Below the pieces are notes generated by a model. It was not told the origin of the DNA. It saw only the letters and a list, made by a program, of their open reading frames with translations, and searched no databases. A program made the translations under genes and the position numbers. Shown one piece after another: positions 20,147 through 23,968 of a stretch of 23,968 nt of DNA. The first letter of the stretch is position 1. Each line of letters starts with the position of its first letter. Source of the stretch: Geosiphon pyriformis uo1 (taxonomy: Eukaryota > Fungi > Glomeromycota); NCBI GenBank assembly GCA_016748015.1, contig JAAOMT010000097.1, forward strand, positions 195,526 through 219,493, given 5' to 3'.

Positions 20147-22090
20147 ATGCAACCTAAGAGTTTAGATATTCCGAATTTACCTGCACTAAAAAGTGTCACT
20201 CTTCAACGTTCTGGCTCCAGTTCTTCCTCAAAAGCACTTCCGCCAGTTCAAAAAGACGATTTGTTTAGACAAGATGCCATTCTAAATGATACTGAAGTTG
20301 ATAATGTTACTCCCAATCACCTTCACTTTAACAGTCCCAAAATCATAGAGAAGCCAGGGAATTATGAACATCCTGAACATCCCCCAAAAAATGGTGTGAA
20401 AAATCATTATCTTCAACCAAATATTGAAAGTTCTCATGAAACTGAGAAGAATCATCATAGTCACCATGATCATGATGAATCAAATCTTCATTTATCTCAT
20501 ACATCAAATCATGAGAATCACCATGGAAATAATCATCACAATCATAGCCCTCATTGTAATCATGACCAACCTATTCATTCTCGGAAAAATTCCGCGCCCA
20601 CACAATTTCCATCTTTAGGCTATATATTTTCGAGTTTGCCACCATCTCAAAAGACTATGTTTACATGGGCGTTTATTCATCTAATTTTAGGGACAACGGT
20701 ATTCCTAAAAGGACAATGGGATGATAGATTAGGTTGGTCATATTGTTAAGTTGAGAATTTTATCAAATCGAACTAACTATTCCATACCTTCGTGCACAAA
20801 GCTTTGACAGCATTTGGATGTATAATAACTTTTGATGCCCTTGGTGTATTTACGACATTTATTTCAACTGTTCTCTTAACTTATAAATCTCTTCAAGAAC
20901 CATCAATTAAGTATCCCTTCGGGTATGCCATCTTCTATTCATCTTTGATCACCTTTCCTATGAATATTTGCTAATCTGCTTTTTTATTGTGGTATAGTGT
21001 TCAGCGATATGAGATTCTCTTTGGCTTTGTCAGCACAATATATTTATTATTTGTAGCAATGTATAATATGAAGGAAAGTTTGGAACATTTAATTCTCGAA
21101 ACTACTCAAGAGCACTATGATGAAGATAGGTACGAGTTAATTTAGGAAATGTGACAACTTGATGATAAACAGCTTAAATAAATAATCTAATTCTTAATTT
21201 TTTCTTTCCAGCCCACCCTTTCCTTTATTTTTAGTAATAATATCAATAGGAGTCACATTAATATCCGCTATAGCCTACCAAAATCACAAAGCTTTTTGTG
21301 CATGTTGGTATTATATTTTTTTAATCACCTTTGTTCTGGTTGTTTTACATTTTATATACTTATATTGAGTATTTGACAGTGCTTACCTCAAATTCACAAT
21401 TCGGTGTCACATTCCCAAATTATAATTTTGAACGAAAAAGCCAAATCCCGAAATTTATGAGAAATTCGTTTACGTTAATAACTTTATCTTGCGGGGGTGC
21501 AGTTATCGCAGCCGGAATACTTGCCGAAATGAAGTGAGAGAATATTTGTCATCATCTCAAATGCCATTAACTCTTATCTAAATTAACTTGAATTGGCAAT
21601 TTTGCACCAAACATTACCTAACAAGTCCAGATTTGGGTTGGCTAGATGTTTTAATATCATTGCTAGAGTCTTTTCTAATGTTTTATCTTGCGAAGCCAGT
21701 CGCCATGTTATTAGGTAAAATCTTGTTACAGACAACTCCGAATATGGCAGTCCTGAGTTTGGAAATCTGTCTAAGAGAGGTAGGGTAATTCTCTGAATAA
21801 AAGTTAATGTTAAGCATAATATATAATATTGGCTCACAATTAACCTATACATTAAGATCGAACATCATCCATCAATAATTGCGATAATTGCTGTTCATGT
21901 TTGGCAAAATTCGTACAACCATTTGGTGGGTACATTATCCATACGGGTCAAAGCTGATGCTAATGAACAGGCAGTTTTAGCGCATGTGTATCAACGATTA
22001 GGCCCACTCTTAGATATTGGGAATACAAGTCCAGTTTTTCGAAATGCCAGGATCAGCATTGGAGAATTAACAGTGCAAATTGTTAAATGA
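20147..22090 (+). CDS. Cation diffusion facilitator (CDF) zinc transporter, Zrg17/ZnT5-7-like, multi-exon
   Basis: His-rich N-terminus, then TM segments across GT-AG introns: ...GQWDDRL|ALTAFGCIITFDALGVF...SIKYPFG|VQRYEILFGF...KESLEHL ... LGKILLQTTP ... VHVWQNSYNHLVGTLSIRV...GELTVQIVK* (TGA 22088-22090). Confidence 0.88.
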
Positions 22091-22663
22091 AGACGGTGAC
22101 CAAAACAGAACTTTGAATATTTCGAACACCAAGATATTGCCACTAAGGAACATGAGATCTTATCTTCCTAGTCTTTCTTGTATGCCTACCAAATATTGTA
22201 TGTAAATTCTTTTATTTTCTTGTTGATTAGAACATACCTTCTGCTTTTAACTTTATTTCTCCTGATCTTCCTTTAGCTTTCTTAATCAAGCCTATACGGA
22301 ACATCAAATCCTCATGTACCATATTTTAAAAGCCTCTAAAATAATCAAAGAACGTGAATCTCTTTAAAACACGTTCAATTGTACATATATAATTAACCAA
22401 ATCTAATTCCTGGTGGGTTGCGATAATTCGAGAAATTTTTTTTAAATATGAACTGTCGAGTCAGAATTTTTAGTACGAGAAGCACAAAATTCTAATACTG
22501 ATAAACAAAAATTTGCCCACAGATATGACCTAAAATTTCTCATTTTCATTTTGGTATTAAAATTGGTCATACCATTTTTAATAGTGATTGACACCAGATG
22601 AAAGCATCAAATAAGTTGTTCAACCCATCTTCCTTTAATTCCCTTCCTAGTAAAGAAGCAATA

Positions 22664-23939
22664 ATGGGGTCAAGGGGAACCGATAAAGTCCTCGAAAAAA
22701 TCCAAGAGGCGCTAGATAGACAAAACTATTATGAAGCTCACCAAATGTACCGTACTGTATGCAGACGGTAAGTTATTTTGGACATGATCAATAAAGTACG
22801 TGTTTTCTGCAACTTTTTCATAACCCTTTCCTAAGCATCTGACTTCCAACCTTGCTCACAAAATGCTCCATTGCTGTAGATTAATAAAGCAAAAGCAGTA
22901 CAGTAAAGCAATAGATTTGTTGTATACTGGTGCGCGTTCTTTGTTGGAGCATAAGCAAAGTGGCAGTGCAACCGACCTTTCATTATACATGATCGATGCA
23001 TATTCTGAGGGAGAACTGCCTGTTACGGATGAGTCGAGAGGTTTTTTGTTCATTTTTAATTTTTTATTACTGAAACATTGTCGTCTATTTGGACTAATCA
23101 AAGATATATAAAATATAGATCGATTGATTCAACTAATGAAATTATTTCCGTATGACGAACCTGGTAGAAAAAGATTTTTTGATACCGCCATAGGGTAATT
23201 TAAGGGATTTAATGTGTTTCCTGGCACAATATTCATGAAATATTAACATTTTTTGCCCCTTCTAAACCCATCGTTAGTTGGTCTGTCAAATTCGGGGAAA
23301 GTCCTGCTGGTGATCCAGAGCTACATCATTGTGTCGCAAAATTGTTTTGGAAAGGTGACGATATAATTAAACGCCAACTACGATATATCTATTAAAATCA
23401 ACTTGGGCCCCCAATTCTAAGGAAAATTAAATTTACTTGCAGACAAAATATACCAGGAAGCAGAATCCCATTTTCTCGCCGGTACATCTGAAAGTAGTGC
23501 TGCATATGGCCAGATGTTGGGAGAATGGGCAGCTCAAGATCAGCCGCATAAATGCGGTGCTTATCTTGCCCGCGCTGTATTACAGTAAGTAAATTTATCT
23601 CAAAATAAATACGTTCTTTTAATTGCTGGAAATTTTGATTAAATTCTTATCATTGACAGGTATTTATGTCTGCGAAATATTCATGACGCAAAAATTGCGT
23701 TTAATAGCTTTGAAGCAGCCATATCTGCAAAACATGTCGGTCAAAATATATTTTCTGGAACCTCTTCCTATCGACAAACCGTGAACGGTGATAGCATCGA
23801 ATTGCCAATCTATAATATACCCTTACTAAATTTTTTGCAGTTTTTGATCTTAACAGTACAACGTGACGCATCTGATTTATTTGTCACGTTGCGTAATAAA
23901 TACAAAAGTGAATTAGAGATTGAGCCTACTTTTGAAGAT
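22664..23939 (+). CDS. GET4: Golgi to ER traffic protein 4 (GET4/TRC35), multi-exon, continues beyond the window
   Basis: MGSRGTDKVLEKIQEALDRQNYYEAHQMYRTVCRR|LIKQKQYSKAIDLLYTGARSLLEHKQSGSATDL ... AGDPELHH ... EAESHFL ... ARAVLQ|YLCL ... PLLNFLQFLIL. The window ends inside an intron (GTAAGT at 23940). Confidence 0.93.
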
Positions 23940-23968
23940 GTAAGTGGTTATTTTTACCTTTTTCGCTT

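Overview
This is eukaryotic, intron-rich fungal nuclear DNA, most consistent with Glomeromycotina. The LINE family resembles those I recall from Geosiphon-type genomes; that taxonomic call is inference. Host genes: a single-exon F-box gene, CGI121 (KEOPS), a His-rich CDF/ZRG17-like zinc transporter and the 5' part of GET4. Between the divergent CGI121 and CDF genes lies a ~14 kb accessory interval. It holds (1) a 5'-truncated, decayed non-LTR retrotransposon (RT, RNase H, zinc finger) with poly(A) and an 11-bp TSD, sitting in an extremely AT-rich tract; (2) a GC-richer spliced gene whose 3' half appears to dissolve into that tract; (3) an intronless, operon-like ~3.1 kb block whose two main genes read through only if TGA=Trp (genetic code 4); and (4) a degraded acidic ORF and a 69-bp direct repeat. 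The code-4 block encodes a eukaryote-type Sola/DUF7869-like DDD transposase and a HAD-fold protein with a hidden C-terminal membrane anchor. My best reading is DNA from a Mollicutes-related endobacterium (MRE) lodged in the fungal chromosome, carrying a transposase that may have gone fungus -> endobacterium -> fungus. A chimeric assembly cannot be excluded from sequence alone.
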